Of a stretch of DNA of 64,000 nucleotides, positions 12,501 to 26,353 are shown one piece after another. The notes beneath the pieces were generated by a model, which was not told the DNA's origin, made no database searches, and saw only the letters and a list, made by a program, of their open reading frames with translations. Numbering within the stretch: position 1 is the first letter of the stretch; each line of letters starts with the position of its first letter. The translations under genes were made by a program, and so were the position numbers. The stretch is from Neoechinorhynchus agilis (lineage: Eukaryota > Animalia > Acanthocephala): NCBI GenBank assembly GCA_051530055.1, contig CM121342.1, positions 12,043,480 to 12,107,479 on the forward strand, in the 5' to 3' direction.

Positions 12501-13438
12501 CTGTTATTTCTCGGCCAGATTATTTGGGATCGTATGAAGTAAGCCGCAAAATAGTTCAGTCTTTTCTTGGCGAGAATTACACTTTGGTTGACCATTGACG
12601 GGTACCTGCTCACTGCCTTTCCGGTAAGTAACCTGTTTTAAATGCATTGATCGATGTGAGATTTTAAAACTAAATGTTTTAGTATACAACAGTCGATATA
12701 ATGAGGTCAAACCCCTTTTCCGCTGGATATTATTTGTCTTATGAAACTTTCCCAACATGAACCACTCGGAACGGATACATGCACAAGACACCCCAGAGCT
12801 TGTTGCAATCAAACTGATTAAGGACTGAAAAGGACGAGGTGTATCGTTATGTAAAAATTGATAACAGGCAAACCTAAAAGAAGAAGGCTAAGGAAATTAG
12901 AATTTCACTGGTGTTGCATAAGCGACTAGCGATAATTGAACCGAATTCATGGCAAAGAACTAGTTTGCATCGATAAAATTATTCCAAAGGATTGTAAATC
13001 TGCTATGAAAACTACATTACGTGAATGATACTAATGCGAGATTTGCGTCTCATAGGTGATTACAGTTCCGAAGTTCAATATTACAGATACTCGTCGCGCT
13101 AAAAAATTCATCATTTTTCACACTTTTATTAGTCAGTACATATAAATACACAGACTGCTCTTTACGATGTCGATACGGATGTTTCAAGGTATTAATTAGT
13201 TGTAGTCGTTTTGACTTTTCTATCAAAGGAGAAATATGACTTTTGTCGTTAAGAGATTTCAATAGTCTCATTTTTCATGAGGAAGTTTGCTTGAATACAA
13301 TTGAACGACTAGATATAATTTGATTTTAGATCACAAAGTCATGCTAAGGAGCATAAAATCGTACTCAATTAACAATTATAAATTTCTAACATTTTAAACT
13401 GTAAGAAAGCACCTACTTTCAGACCGTAAATTTAATAT

Positions 13439-15043
13439 CTAAATTAATCGTGGCCGATTGAACGTTTTTACCTCCAGAAGCACTAAAACTATGCCATAAA
13501 AGCAACCAAAAATTTGTCCCAATTTGAATTGTCCTATGACAAAGTCACATTTATCCTTTATAACTTTGGATTGACAAAACCAATATGGAATTTTAAATGG
13601 CGTTAGTTGATTAGACGATGGTACCTGATTTATGGACATTACTTCCTTTTCGATATTAGCGACGATAAAGCGCAACTCTTTGTTTGATTGAGTGATATTG
13701 AGCTGTTCTCTCAGAAGAGGATGTCGCTCAAAGACGTTTGCGAATAGTTTGTGGAAATATCCTCTCACGGAAAGACGCCGAACTGGATTTTGATCAACAA
13801 TGCTCAAAAATTCATTGGCAATGTCCCATATTGGTAAATGTTTACCCGTCATTATTGCAGGGTTGTAAAGCGCACCCTCAGCCACCATAACCGCATTACA
13901 TCCAGTTAACTCAAGGCAAGTTTGGGCATCTTCAAGACACCGAATATTTCCGTTTGCGATGACCGGAATTTCGATTGATTCTCTACGAAGGTGAGGAAAG
14001 ATTAGTAGATTACTGAAACCCACCTGATCTTCTTAATTTTATTCCAATCGGCAAGTCCCGTGAATTGACCTTTTTGATCGATTGTTCGTCCGTGAACGCT
14101 TAACACAGAGCAGCCGGCTTTTTCGATCATCTGTGCATATTGAACACTTTTGTGTACGTCGTCAAAAACACGAATCTTGGCACTAATCTCACATGCTTGA
14201 TCCATGTTAGCAGCCCGGCCTACTATTTCCGAAATAAGGTTCCACTCATCTTGAAGAAACGCTCCATAATGTCCACGCCTTGCAATATTTTGAGGACACC
14301 CGAGATTTAAATCGACACCCACGCAATCGCTTTTTACTAGTCGTACACATTCAACAAACAAATCAGGATCATTTGCACAAAACTAAAATCACAGTCATCA
14401 GTATAGATAAGGTTGTTGTACAGATGTTATCCATAGATTGATTTTGGTCATTCGAAATTGAGAAAAATGATTTAATTTTAATTTAGTATTTCGTCCTCTA
14501 CGTGGGACTTCTTCAGAACATGTCGATATGTGAGGTACCGGGGAATGTGATTGGAATTATTGTTTAGGCCTACACCCGGTAAATGATTTTTATTAAAGAC
14601 GTTTCGAACCTCGTCGGAACGTCGGAGGTTCGAAACTTCTTTAATAAATAATGATTTACCGGGTGTAAATCTAAACAATAATTCATTCTTCAGCTTAGTT
14701 GTATACAAACAATTCTGAAGTCCCACGTAGAGGACGAAATATTAAATGAAAATTAAATCATTTTTGTTAATTTTTAATAAACAAAAACAAAATAGACGAG
14801 GTTGTGTTTGCTTACTTGGTATACAAGAGGATAATCTTCATCTGAACTTGTCAAAGCAATTTTGCGGTATGATTCATCGGTCAAAAACAAACGCGGGTGC
14901 CACATAGGCGTGAAACATAAACCGATTCCATATCGGCGGACTAGTAGTCGAAATGGAAGTTGGCCATATTCTACCATTGGAGCAAGGACGAATGATGATG
15001 CGGACAAGCACGAAGAAGTGGTAAGGCAAGTCTTTCTTGACAT
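13439..15043 (-). CDS. DUS1L: tRNA-dihydrouridine synthase 1-like; exons 15043-14816, 14382-14024, 13982-13439
   Basis: Motifs LAPMV, FTPM, QFCAND, DLNLGCP, GHYGAFL, KIR, VHGR, VIANGNI, VMVAEG. GT-AG introns of 433 and 41 nt restore the frame. 3' end is uncertain. Confidence 0.92.
14433..14765. mobile_element. Palindromic MITE-like element, full copy, in DUS1L intron 1
   Basis: Outer inverted arms 14463-14511 / 14717-14765 (49 bp, 2 mismatches). Inner arms 14554-14612 / 14625-14684 with a 12-nt loop. Confidence 0.85.
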
Positions 15044-15781
15044 TTTAATCTGAAGCAAAGTAGCTTATAGGCAATAGATAATGAATGTCCCATGGTTGGA
15101 AGTTCGTTAGATGGACGGAAAAACACACATAAACTAACAAATCTTGAAATCGGTTATACGGCAAAATCGCTCCCGATAGATGAAAAAGCTAGAAATTATC
15201 TTTTAACACATGTGCACTTTTCGAAATTTGTAATTAAAAAAAATGATACTCATTAAAATTACACTTCATGGTAGCCGCTAATGTCGATAAATAAGGAACG
15301 ATTTCATCGTTACGAAAAGAAGCCGTCAATCAAGACTTCATCTTGATATGAAAAGGATATAAGAAAAGCAAGACAGAAACTAAGATGTCGTCTTTATACA
15401 TAGAAACAATTTCACTTATTACCCAGTCAAATTATTTAAACGTTTTATAGCTGCTTTAAGGAGTATAGCTGTCGATAAAAGCTGACAAAAATCGATAACG
15501 ACAAGAGCATCTCCCGATCACTCTTAGAATACCCGCGATCGCATTCTTGAATTCATCGAAACATAGCGACATGTTTAAAGTTTTCAGAAAACATTCAGGA
15601 CACCGTTCAGCTAAAATCTTCATTGTGCAATATTTGTTGGGAAAGCTACTTACAGGGCGCGATCTCCTTATAATTCGGGCTTTACGTGTAGTAAAATCAA
15701 TTAGAAATTAAATGTAAAAACGATTGTCCGTTGACATGGCTACCGTGATTCAAATCTGCTTCTCTCTAGAACGGAAAAACA

Positions 15782-15997
15782 ATGACTGACTCAGATTCTT
15801 CGGATCTTAAAGGACTGGATAACATTATTCGTCGAATGAAGCGAGTGGGGGATTCTCGGAAGACGGAACAAGTTATGGAATCAATACAAGTTGATACCGA
15901 CAGTGTCGAAGGAATCTTGGACATGATATACCGCGCCAATTGTTCACTTAGCCAACTAGATTACAGTGACCAACAGCCGGACTTTAAAGACAGATAG
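15782..15997 (+). CDS. Possible small protein of unknown function (71 aa)
   Basis: ATG-initiated ORF with natural composition, convergent with the EDRF1 3' end. No recognised domain. Confidence 0.3.
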   Translation: MTDSDSSDLKGLDNIIRRMKRVGDSRKTEQVMESIQVDTDSVEGILDMIYRANCSLSQLDYSDQQPDFKDR

Positions 15998-16121
15998 AAA
16001 TTATCTGCGTGAACGTACTTAAGATATTCTTTAATCGTTATTCGAACTTATACATTTTGGTGTGCAGATATGGCAAATACAAGTGCGCTTCACGCATCAC
16101 ATAACATTCAATTGTTCCAGA

Positions 16122-19100
16122 TCACTGCTTATAAGTGTATGACGTTGACATTAGTTCATTTATAAGCCCTTCGAATACTTTCTTTGTAATCTCGATGTCT
16201 TCTTCTTTTACCTGTCCACTCTCGCATTTCGATCCGTACGTATTTACGATCACTTTTAGCTGTTCACCAACAACGGCAACTAGTTCCTTCGTCTTTGGGT
16301 TTGACGAAAGGTCAAGTACTTCCAACACCGAAAGCATGCCTTCCTCTATGTTCTGCATCCATTGTGTAAAAAGGTGCATAAACTCGTTGTAGGACTGCTC
16401 CGCGTGAGCCGCCTTGACTGCAGGCAAAAAATCCGTTTGGAGACTGCCAATCAAAGCTTCAATTGTGCTTAACTTCTCAGTTCTTGGGGATTAAGCGGAG
16501 TATTGATTCGGAGAGACTAAAAATAGCAACATATGCAAATCTAAGATAATTTGGCAAAAAATGATATTACCATAAATTAGATGAAATTCAATAATTTCAG
16601 CAGCGTTCTACAAAAAGATTAAAACGTCTTTTTGGTTCCAGTACGGAATATTGAAAATTATCAAATATATTTTGCTTGAATATTAAACCCGAAAAAGCAC
16701 TTTGACCCAAGATCGAGTAGATATTCTTTGCTGTATTTGCTGTTTTGCCACAGTGATAGTCCGCTCACTGCCGCCCTTTGGTTTCGAATCCCATTGCAGT
16801 CTGGCCTGTGCAAAGAGTTCAATTCCAATCCTCATGAGATTCGTAGCGCAATCGGCTTTTCTTGCCACAAGTTCCGTTAGAGCCATAATGGGTAAATTCT
16901 TGCTTGTACCAAAGACCTTGTGATAGAGAGTCATCGCATTCTCATAATAATTTTTGCAAATCCCTCTGTACTGTTTGAGCCTCCGAGAGCTCATGTCCGT
17001 TGAACGAATGGCACCCGCATAGAGAGTAGCGATCTGATGATAAATGTATCCCGATAGATATGTGAGTTTTACTTGTCTTTGATGGCAAGTTGGATTAAGG
17101 GACTTAAAATCGGCGAGAACGTGAGTAAGACTATCAACGTATTGACTGTCGATCGAAAGTTGATCACTACACTGTTCATGAAGAGCAAAGGCGCGTGATA
17201 AATAATTCGTAGTTCGCTCCCATACGACTTCTTCAAAAAGATGATGCTGAGTCTTGCTTGAGCGAAGAATGTCCTCTGCTTTTTGATAAGAATCGATTAT
17301 ATTAGTCATTAGGTCAATCTCGGTTTTCCTTGATTTTGCACTACCTTCACTGTCATCGACACTATTAAATCTTCTATATGCACTTAGAGAAGTTTTGTGA
17401 ACTTTGCCTGTGTTCATCAAAAGAAGAACGCGACTTTCTTTGTCGTCAGGCAGATTGTCAAGTTCATTTAAACCCGATTCGAGAACAGAAAGAGCTTCGT
17501 TGATCTTTTGTTCCACCACCAATTTGACTTGATCCTCTTCTCCTTCTTTCCAGATCTTTAGACCCATGTCAGTAAGAACGTCATTAACGTATTGGATCAA
17601 TTCCGTGCCGTACGCATTACGACATCCCACTAAACGCCGCATGCAATCGTCTTTAAAAGCCTTATCTCGATCAGTTGCAAGTTCAATCGCGACATAGAAT
17701 GCACGATCCGCCGTGGTCAACAAGTGTTTGTAATTGGACGTTATCATTGTGATCCATCCGAGATCGTCAATCCAACTCACTTCCCCTTCATGAAGATCAT
17801 CTCCATATAAGGCATCGGCAGCTTCCTCGACAGCCTTATCATTATCGTTTAGTTGTTTGTATTGGTCGAGTACAAGGGACATTGCAACCTTTTCTTGAGA
17901 AATCGCCATATAGCAATCACCTGCAATAACCAACAATTTGCATATCTCCAGTGGAACATCGTTTACTTTTGCCAAATGATACAAAGAGTCGATGCAATCT
18001 AGAGCAATTTTAAGACATTTTAGACATCGGCCGTACTTTTTGGACAGGAAACTAGAGTTTGCAAGACAAACATAGCTTGAAAACGCCTTTTGCAAAAGAA
18101 GCGTTGGAATGGTGATTACGCGATTCGTACGCTGAAATCCAAATTGGTTGTTCAAATAGAGGCTTGAAACTAGATCACGGTCTTCGATTCCATTTTCTAG
18201 CGCTTCTCTCACTAATGGAAGAGGAATACGGTTATGCTCGTGTATGGCTAAGGCCTCCGCGAGCTTTTCAATTGCGCGAGTGGCACGGTCATGGAGCGTC
18301 TGAGCGTACTCTGGGGAACGTTTTTGCTTCTTGGAAGTTGAAGTTTTTACAGCTGGAGGGGCGCATTCTAAAGCTGCTTTAATGCTCTCTGGACAGTGGA
18401 GCGACAGTGCTTGGAGACTGTAAGTAATACAGTCAATGTCCAAATCGTCAGCAATTGTCGCATAGTCGTGGTCTAAAAGTTAAGGGTCGTGAGATTTAGT
18501 TATAAAAGGATATCGGTTGATATTAAAATATTAACTTTAAAATGGAATCTGGTTTGTAGGGTGATCACTAGTAAGTTTTTTGCCAATTTCCTATCTTTAA
18601 CAATGTAAAACATCCGGTGCGTCGTACAAAATGTCAATGGAAATAATTTGTAAATCAATATTGATTTTACTCAGCAAATGAGACTGAATTCTAAGTGCTA
18701 ATGAATGAAGATGTGTACTTAAAACGGTCATAATTAAGTCATAAATTTGAAATATAAATTATAGATACAAAACATACCACAGAGCTTACCTCCACCAACC
18801 GAGCATTTAATATCTTCACTGACAAAGAGGTCACTGAGAAGATAACTTGCATAGCAATACAGATCGTGGAATTTTCGTTGCCTTGAGAAACTGAGACATT
18901 GTGTGAGGAGACTCCTAATAGTTCCCTGGTAATTTTGTCTCGCATTTTTAGATTTGCACATTTTAAAAGCAGTCCTGTACATAAGCTCAATGATCGGGTA
19001 AATGTAAGGATTATAAACATCATATGATCGACAAATGCTTGTCAGGTCATACAAACGAACATTATCGTCAGAAATGCTTTTAAATAGCCAATAAGTATGG

Positions 19101-20086
19101 CCTTGACGATTGGCTTTTTCTTTTAGGAAGGCTAGAATGCTTGGGGCATAGGCTTGAACCATTTCCGCGGTAGAAGCGTCCGGTTTGGGTGCGATGTTAT
19201 CGGTTCGGACGAAGTCATAGCGTTGTACATCATTGTCAATATGGTAGCACATTGCAAGTTCAGGAACATCGCCAAGGAGATCATCAAGGAGACAATTAAG
19301 ACCGGTTAATACGGTCACCGGTTCGTGAACATCGTTCAATTGAAGGTTGATGAGGGGATGTTTCGCAGTTCCAAACATGGGAAGACTTGATTCTACGAGC
19401 ATTCGGATGCCGTCAAAGGTCCACAGAAAAGATCTGCTCATGTTCCGTACGAATGTTATATCGATCACAGGTTGATCCGCCGGTGTTTCCTCACATTTGA
19501 GCGATTTTGTGGTTGAGTGTTTTAATCTTTCGTCCGTCGCCTCATTTCTTTCGATCGCTTCCAAATCCACACTGTCGATAAGAAAATGTATAAACAAATC
19601 ACGAAGGCGTTCAATGTGTTCGACGAGTTTCGGATCATCAATCTCCTGCCAACTCTCGCCCAGAGCCCGATTGAACCCAGCTAACCACTTAAGGTCTACA
19701 CCGCCACCACCACCGCCGCCGTTGCCGTTGCCACTGTATCCAGCGGTGTTAAATTTGTCGACGAACAAGTTGTTTTTTACGCGATGAACAATCATCGACA
19801 ATGCAGACATTTCATGCTCAAGATAGTTAGCTCCCATCTTCGTTGGATCTGTAGCATTCGTGGGATCGAATTTAGTTTCACTATTGTTATGTTCGTCTGA
19901 ATTCGCTGGTTTTATGGACGATGACAGAGGGTAGTTTTGTTTCATTATCCATTGAGTGAACTGCCTGTGGAGAATTCCGAATGTCGTCTTTGGGAATGCG
20001 GACGGTGCGCACGACTGAGAAATGCTTTTAAGTGGCAGAACGTCAGCATCTTGGTCGCGATAAGCCAACGAGACTTGCTCTACCAT
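16122..20086 (-). CDS. EDRF1: Erythroid differentiation-related factor 1 homolog (multi-exon)
   Basis: SMIVHRVKNNLFVD, FLWTFDGIRMLVESSLPMFG, VLTGLNCLLDDLLGDVPELAMCYH and GHTYWLFK...VRLYDLTSIC match the EDRF1 N-terminal domain. A phase-1 GT-AG intron 18789-18473 joins it to the long helical ORF. The last exon junction and a possible upstream exon are unresolved. Confidence 0.9.
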
Positions 20087-21359
20087 CTAATAAATGGAGT
20101 TGAAATCCGCAACAAACACTAAAACGTATGGATTCGAATAAAACAACCAGCACCACCACCACCACAAGAAGAAGGAAAGATACAAAACTGAAATAGTGTG
20201 AGAGTTATAAGACGCGAATGAATCTCAACGATTTGCGATGATAAGAGAGCAACGAACAAAGCTATCATTATGATGCCACGCGACGAACACTCAATTCAAA
20301 GTCTCCAAGTTCAACAATTGTCGTTTCTACCGTCTTTGGGGAGTTTTGCGCGACGACAGTCTTCGAAAAAAGGGAGAAAACGTTTTTGAGTTCAACATAG
20401 CTCTTTTAAAAAAGAATGATCGGGCGAGAGTGACCATTTTTAACAGGCCAAGAGATGATAGAGCCCCGAAATCATCTTAAAATGTCTTGACATTCACCAT
20501 TACGAGCAATAGTACTCACAAGAAATTTGTAGTAAACTTTTAACTAACTAAAGAATATGCCTTTTAACACCCGATCAAAAATCATTCTATTGTTCCCGAA
20601 GTATTTCGAAAGAGAGGAAATCTCGACTTATCAATCATTGCTTTAAAAACCTAAATATTTCGCGAACAATAAAATGATTTTTAACCGGGTCAAAATTTAC
20701 CACCCCGATATGGATTTTCTCTCGATAAGATTAAAGAATATGTGTGTGTGTGAAACAAAGGGATTTTTTAACTAGATTGAAGAATACGATGAGCATCCTT
20801 CAGAATTAAAGTTCACACACTCCGTTGCCATGGTAACACGAGGACAGATATGGCTTAAGTGAAAACGTTTTATAGCATCATAAGCAAAGAATGTGCTTTA
20901 ACGCTAGTTCTACAACTTAAACCTGCCGATGTTCACGCTTTCACGAGAAATGGTTTGTTGAAACTACTCGAGTTCTTGATTCTTCCGTTTGAGCGTATGT
21001 TGCACACTTGATGAAATGCGAGTGCGGAAAGGATGTCGTCATTGTGACGAGCACGTTTTCGTGAGCGTGCGTTAGAGGTGTGCGTATTACTTGAACTCTA
21101 GTGCGTCGCTTTAATCCGCGTAAAATAATGCAATTCGTCACGATTGATTAGCTTGTTGATCGCGTTGTGTGTTCAGTTGCTGTTGTTTACGCAAACGCGA
21201 GGGAGATTTTAAAGTAGGTTAATTTAATCGACAATTGAGGACGAGGACGGCTAGGCATTTTTTGTCATATAAAGTTTTCCTCCAAGATTTTGATAAATAA
21301 TTTCAAATAAATTTTCATTAATGAAGAAAATTTTTTTAATAGTAGGAACGAAATGTCGA

Positions 21360-22350
21360 ATATTCAGATATTTCGAAAGACGAAACCCACCAATGGCGAT
21401 AATGCCTATACGAACCATACAAAACCATCTTTGTCTTGGATTATTGCCTTCGGGGGGAGGCGGGGGAAGATACTTTCTTCTCTTGTTAGTTATACCATCG
21501 CTCAGTTTTAAATTATAGTCGATTATATTTATTTACAATGACAAAAAGCTTTAGGAAAATGTCGAAATTATCCGAGAGGTGAAATATCGGGGACATAAAT
21601 CATCGGTGATTTTTTTGAATCCGAGTGATGGTATAATTAAGAAAAACAAAGAACAAACCCTTCTGGATGACTAATGAAGCATTCTCTTTCGAAATATCTC
21701 AATTCAAAATATACTTCATTCGGTCGCCACACATCTCCAAGTCTATCATCATCGCGAGGGATTTTTTGTCTCTCAACGAATTCGAGATGTCTTGGATTAT
21801 TAGATACTTTCTTTTTCTTAGTTTCGCCACCCAGGGTTCATAAGATCACTAATTTATTTCCCCGATATTTCGCCTCTTGGATAATTCCTTCATTTCCTCA
21901 AGGTTTGTCATTGTTTAAGAGTTTCGAAATAAAGGAGAAAGTTGTAAAGCTGTTTTTCGCAAGTGAAAGTTCATTTTTGAAATCGCCCACACTGGTTAAA
22001 TTAAATATTTGGCTTCCAATCTCGGATTGCATCCGACATTTTTTCTAAAATACCGTCAACATTTTCTAACGCTAATGACATAATTTAATAAGAATCAATT
22101 CCGCTTTTAAATTGAAATGAAGGTGCTAATTTTCGATCTAACAAACTTGCGAAACAATGACAAAAACCTTCAGGAAAATGTTGGAATTATCTCCGACGTG
22201 AAATATCGGGGAAATATACCCTCGGTGAATTTTTGATTCCGAGCGATGGTATAACTACCAAAGGAAAGTATACTCTCGCCCCGTCGAAGACAATAATTCA
22301 AGACATCTCGACTCAATGAGCGACAAAAAATCATTCGGGATGATGATAGG
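21360..22350. repeat. Cluster of degenerate direct and inverted copies of a ~150-250-bp repeat
   Basis: The motif ggaattatc...gaggtgaaatatcgggga occurs at ~21560 (+), ~21860-21895 (-) and ~22180 (+). gagcgatggtataac occurs at ~22240 (+) and ~21490 (-). Confidence 0.55.
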
Positions 22351-22394
22351 CTTGGCAATATAATATTGGTTCGATAAAAGTAGTTCGAAAAACA

Positions 22395-22505
22395 TTCACG
22401 CCACCGCTCTGGATCACTCATCTGCCGTCCTGGTGTAACGGTCGAAAGGACGGATGCAGCGTTCCCCCGATTGCAGGGGCAGACTTATGTTTTGTAGGAG
22501 GAATT
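22395..22505 (-). mobile_element. CRE-like retrotransposon extreme 3'-end fragment
   Basis: Matches 11907-12010 and the 3' end of 23440-25718 (…gagtgatcc.gagcg.tgg.gtgaa). Confidence 0.8.
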
Positions 22506-22865
22506 CTGCATTTCATAATCACGCACCAAATACACTCTCTTTTTGCAGGGTGAAAGTTATATGATTTTACTACAGTTTCACCGATATTAGCACACCTCAA
22601 TTCAAATTTGGTGTTAATTCGCCTAATTTTGAATTGAACATAACGAAAGGTAAAACAAGTGGGGCCGAATTCGCAAACAAAAGTGCGACGTTTTTTCTTG
22701 CGATTTTCTTTATATTCAAAGTCACGGTCTTCTCAGCGAAACGAAAGCCGCTAAATTCTTCGTGTTTACTCAAATTAAAAGTCCAGCTAACCCTTACAGA
22801 TAATTATTTCATTTCAAAATTTGCGCGTACACCCAAAATCAAGTTTTACATTAAAGTTTGTTTTA

Positions 22866-23177
22866 TTAGATCAACTTGATGTCCTGATACGTAAAATCAT
22901 AGCGTCCACCTTGACTGCTCCGGCCCTCTATAGTGTTTAGCTTCCAAATCAGGATACCAATAGTGAAGATTAGACCAATAATAATACTGATAATCGATAA
23001 GCGGAAGGACTGTCGACCGTATTCAATGGCCATTGCCGGCCAATAAATATCATTAGCAGGGTCCGATAGTTTGTACGATTGAATGGCTCTGATCAGAGCA
23101 AGTGAACCGAGTGGAGGGCATGTTAAAATCGCCAGTAAAGAAAATGCCATATATGGTTTTACAGATGGTGGATCCAT
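22866..23177 (-). CDS. CD225/dispanin (PRRT1/IFITM-like) membrane protein
   Basis: PYMAFSLLAILTCPPLGSLALIRAIQS...SFRLSIISIIIGLIF: two hydrophobic segments with the C-P-L-G dispanin signature. Confidence 0.7.
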   Translation of the reverse strand: MDPPSVKPYMAFSLLAILTCPPLGSLALIRAIQSYKLSDPANDIYWPAMAIEYGRQSFRLSIISIIIGLIFTIGILIWKLNTIEGRSSQGGRYDFTYQDIKLI

Positions 23178-23439
23178 ATTTTCGTTCTCTTCTATAGACG
23201 TACCGCTCTATGTTTCCATGGCAACTCATAATTCCGACTGTGTTTGTTTATAAAATCATGCATACAAAAATCAGTCCATCATCATTGTTCAATTATGGCA
23301 GAAAATTGAAATAATTTATTGAATTTGATATTTCGGTTGGAAGTTTCCTTGATAAAGACACATGAATGTGCCGATATATCGGATTCAATGGATCATTTCA
23401 ACTTTCTCCCACAACATCACCAATACAAAATGAAATTCC

Positions 23440-25718
23440 ACATGTAGGGAATATTGTACCGTTCTGCCCAGGAACGTTCTGAAAAGAATCGCAAGTGGCG
23501 CGCGATATCAAACCGCAAAGTGATTCACTCTATTGGCAGACTGCATCGAGACTAACTCAGTGATGTTTCTGGGGTCTCTGACCACAAAACTAAAAGAGCA
23601 AGCAAGTTCATTTGACATAAAATTTACTCAATGCCTTTCAACAGCATGCGCGCTACGCAAGGAGCGTGCCCAGAAGGCTGACCACAGCCGAAACCCAAAT
23701 CGGTCACTTGTTGGGCGCGTTTTTTCGAAGCTCGCAGACGGAGATGTCAGAGAAGCGGTTCACCTTTTATCATCAATGGACAGTCTCGCCAAAGATGACG
23801 AAGAAACTTTGCGAACGCTTCGTTCCAAACATCCCAGTAACTGCGGTCAGTAGCATTTCAAGGAATCCTCGTCCTTCCATACGATAATAAATTTTTCACC
23901 ATTCAAATCAAAAGTGAAGATGGCGATCTCCTCATTTGCGAACGGATCAGCTCACGGGCTTCACGGGCTCGGATCCCAACACCTAAAGGATATGATTTCC
24001 TTTTCAGTAGGTGACGCTGCTCTGTCCCTTCGAGATGCACAAACGCGCTTGGTCGACCAATTTGCAGGGGAAGAGTTGATTTCGAAAGCAATTGAGCTAT
24101 TTTTGGGTGCATCACTGTGCTCTCGCGGGAAAAGGGCAGGTGGGATTCGTTCCACTGCAATTGGAGCAATTATGCGATGTATAACAGCAAAAATGTTGAA
24201 TAAAAAGATCGCAGAAAAAGTAGACATGCAGCTTTGCAAGAATTAGTTGGGCTGCTGTATACCCCTGCGGTATAGAGGCAGTTGATAATTCACTCCGTAC
24301 GTTAATCACCGGAAACTCAAAACATTTCACTATTTATTTAATGCCTATGGGACTTTAACTCCTTTGTTGTTGAACAACCACGTTTTGTGGTCAGAAAGAG
24401 GAATTCAACAAGGGATCCTTTTTGCAAAATAGTTTCTCACTCGCAGTCAATCCCGTCGCTTACTCTCTCGAATTCATCTTTAACGGTTGGTTTTTGGATG
24501 ATGCCACTCTCGGAGGGAACCCCTCTGTAGTACAGCACGATTTGGAGACACGCGTGAAGAAGACGATAATTGGCATTGAACTTAAACCTGGGAAATGCGA
24601 GACTGGTGATGAACGTGGAGAACTGAGCCTTGGCCCCTTCTAGGAAGCATTATCTTTAATTCTAACGTGGAAGCACAGACTGCTAATCTTCAGTTGCAAC
24701 TTTCAGTGTTGTGCAAACGAGTTAATGAATTATCCTCACATGAGGCTCCATTCCTGATCAAGAATACCCTCTTCATTATGAAATTGCTCTGCAAGTTGCG
24801 CATAGCGCCTTTTTTTAGACATAAGGATAAACTGGCAAAATTAGACGAGACGGGGAAGGCCTGTCATTGTTCAGTGCTTTCTTGACGAGAATTACAGGTT
24901 GGATGAAGACTTCGTGGAGGCTATTAATCTTTGGTGTGAAGATTCCGGTAGCGAGCAGGCACCCGCACCCCTTGTAAGGAGAATTCATAACTCTTTAGTT
25001 CCAGATTCTCGTGACTTGGTGAACCGAACTCGATTGGCCGCAGTCTCGACTAGAGAATCGGGTGCTTGGCTCAACGCTCTCCCAATCCCTCCTGCGGGTA
25101 CCCTTCTCTCCGGCGAAACAGTAAGGATCGCAGTGTCCCTGAGACTTGGGGTACCGATGTGCACATCCCATCGCTGCTGCTGCGGAGCGACCGTGGAACC
25201 ATCGGGACGCCATGGTTTTGTCTGTCGACAATCAAGCGGAAGGTACCCACGACACGCTTCAGTGAACGAAATTCATAGTCGTGCCAAGAATACTGTGAAT
25301 GCGCCCAACATCCTAGAGCCTTGTAATCTTTGCCGACTCGATGGCCGTAGACCGGACGGTGTCACAGCATTCCCGTGACGAGAAGGAAAATGAATTCTCT
25401 GGGACGCCACGTTCGTGGACACGCTCGCAGCCAGCAACATAAAATTCGCCACGATTAAAATCAGAGGAGCAGCAACCGCCGCTGAGGAAAGCAAAAAGAC
25501 TAAATACCGGGACCTGAGTCGAAATCATTATTTTGTTCCCTTTGGCGTCGAGATGCTAAGACCTTTTGGTATCCCGACGCAGGACCTGGTCAAACAATTG
25601 TCTAAGAAATTGAGACGAATCACTGGCGATCCGAGATCAAGAGCATTCCTCCACAAAAACATAAGTCTGGCTGTGCAGACCAGGACGGCAGCTGAGTGAT
25701 CCAAAGCGCTGGCGTGAA
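23440..25718 (+). mobile_element. Decayed RLE-type (CRE-like) non-LTR retrotransposon
   Basis: RT motifs GIQQGDP and FLDDATLGG. ESGAWLNALP...ETVRIAVSLRLG, CCHC finger (CCCG...HGFVC), RH, RPDG...WDAT restriction-like endonuclease. Many stops and frameshifts. Confidence 0.85.
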
Positions 25719-26353
25719 AGTTTGTAAATACTTTTTGTATAATTAGTTTTTTTCCAAATAATAACACTTTTAATGGGATGCGTATTCCTTGCCAACGAAC
25801 CCTCATGCCCTTTCTTGAACTTGCCATATGTCGAAAAGATTTCTCCCTTCGCCTGGACTTTTCATTTAACAGTCGGAGTGTCCATGTCTAGAAAAATAAA
25901 ATTAAAAATAATTGTGATTAACACAAATCGAATTTTATTGCACCGCATCAGAGATTGGACGTGAAATCTATTCTTTACTAAGATTATTTTTGAAGTAAAT
26001 GCAAAGATTATTTTTAAAGAAAATGCTATCTCGAAATCATCTTTTGTTGCACAATCCATAGAAATTTAGTATTGAAAGTTTTGAACTTAAAATAGAATTT
26101 GAAAGCGTAGTACAATTTGTGCTTAGTAGGATTTCTAACTGCTATACCGAATGTTCCAAAATAGACATTCTGTTTTTAAAACACTACGCTGTTGTAATTT
26201 AACGATTATGCTAGTTTTTTAAAATATTTAAAGGACAGAGCGTAGCGAAAAGTTTTAGTTACAGTCAATGAGTATTCGTCACACACGAAAAATTCTGAAA
26301 ATGAGCACACCATTAGTGTTGTAGAATCGCACTCATAAATTGACTGAGGTTGA

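Noticed and set aside
12510-12990. Possible protein-kinase pseudogene (ELVAIKLIK, an intron-like gtaagt...ttag)
   Set aside because: Multiple stops, and no HRD, DFG or APE motifs seen.
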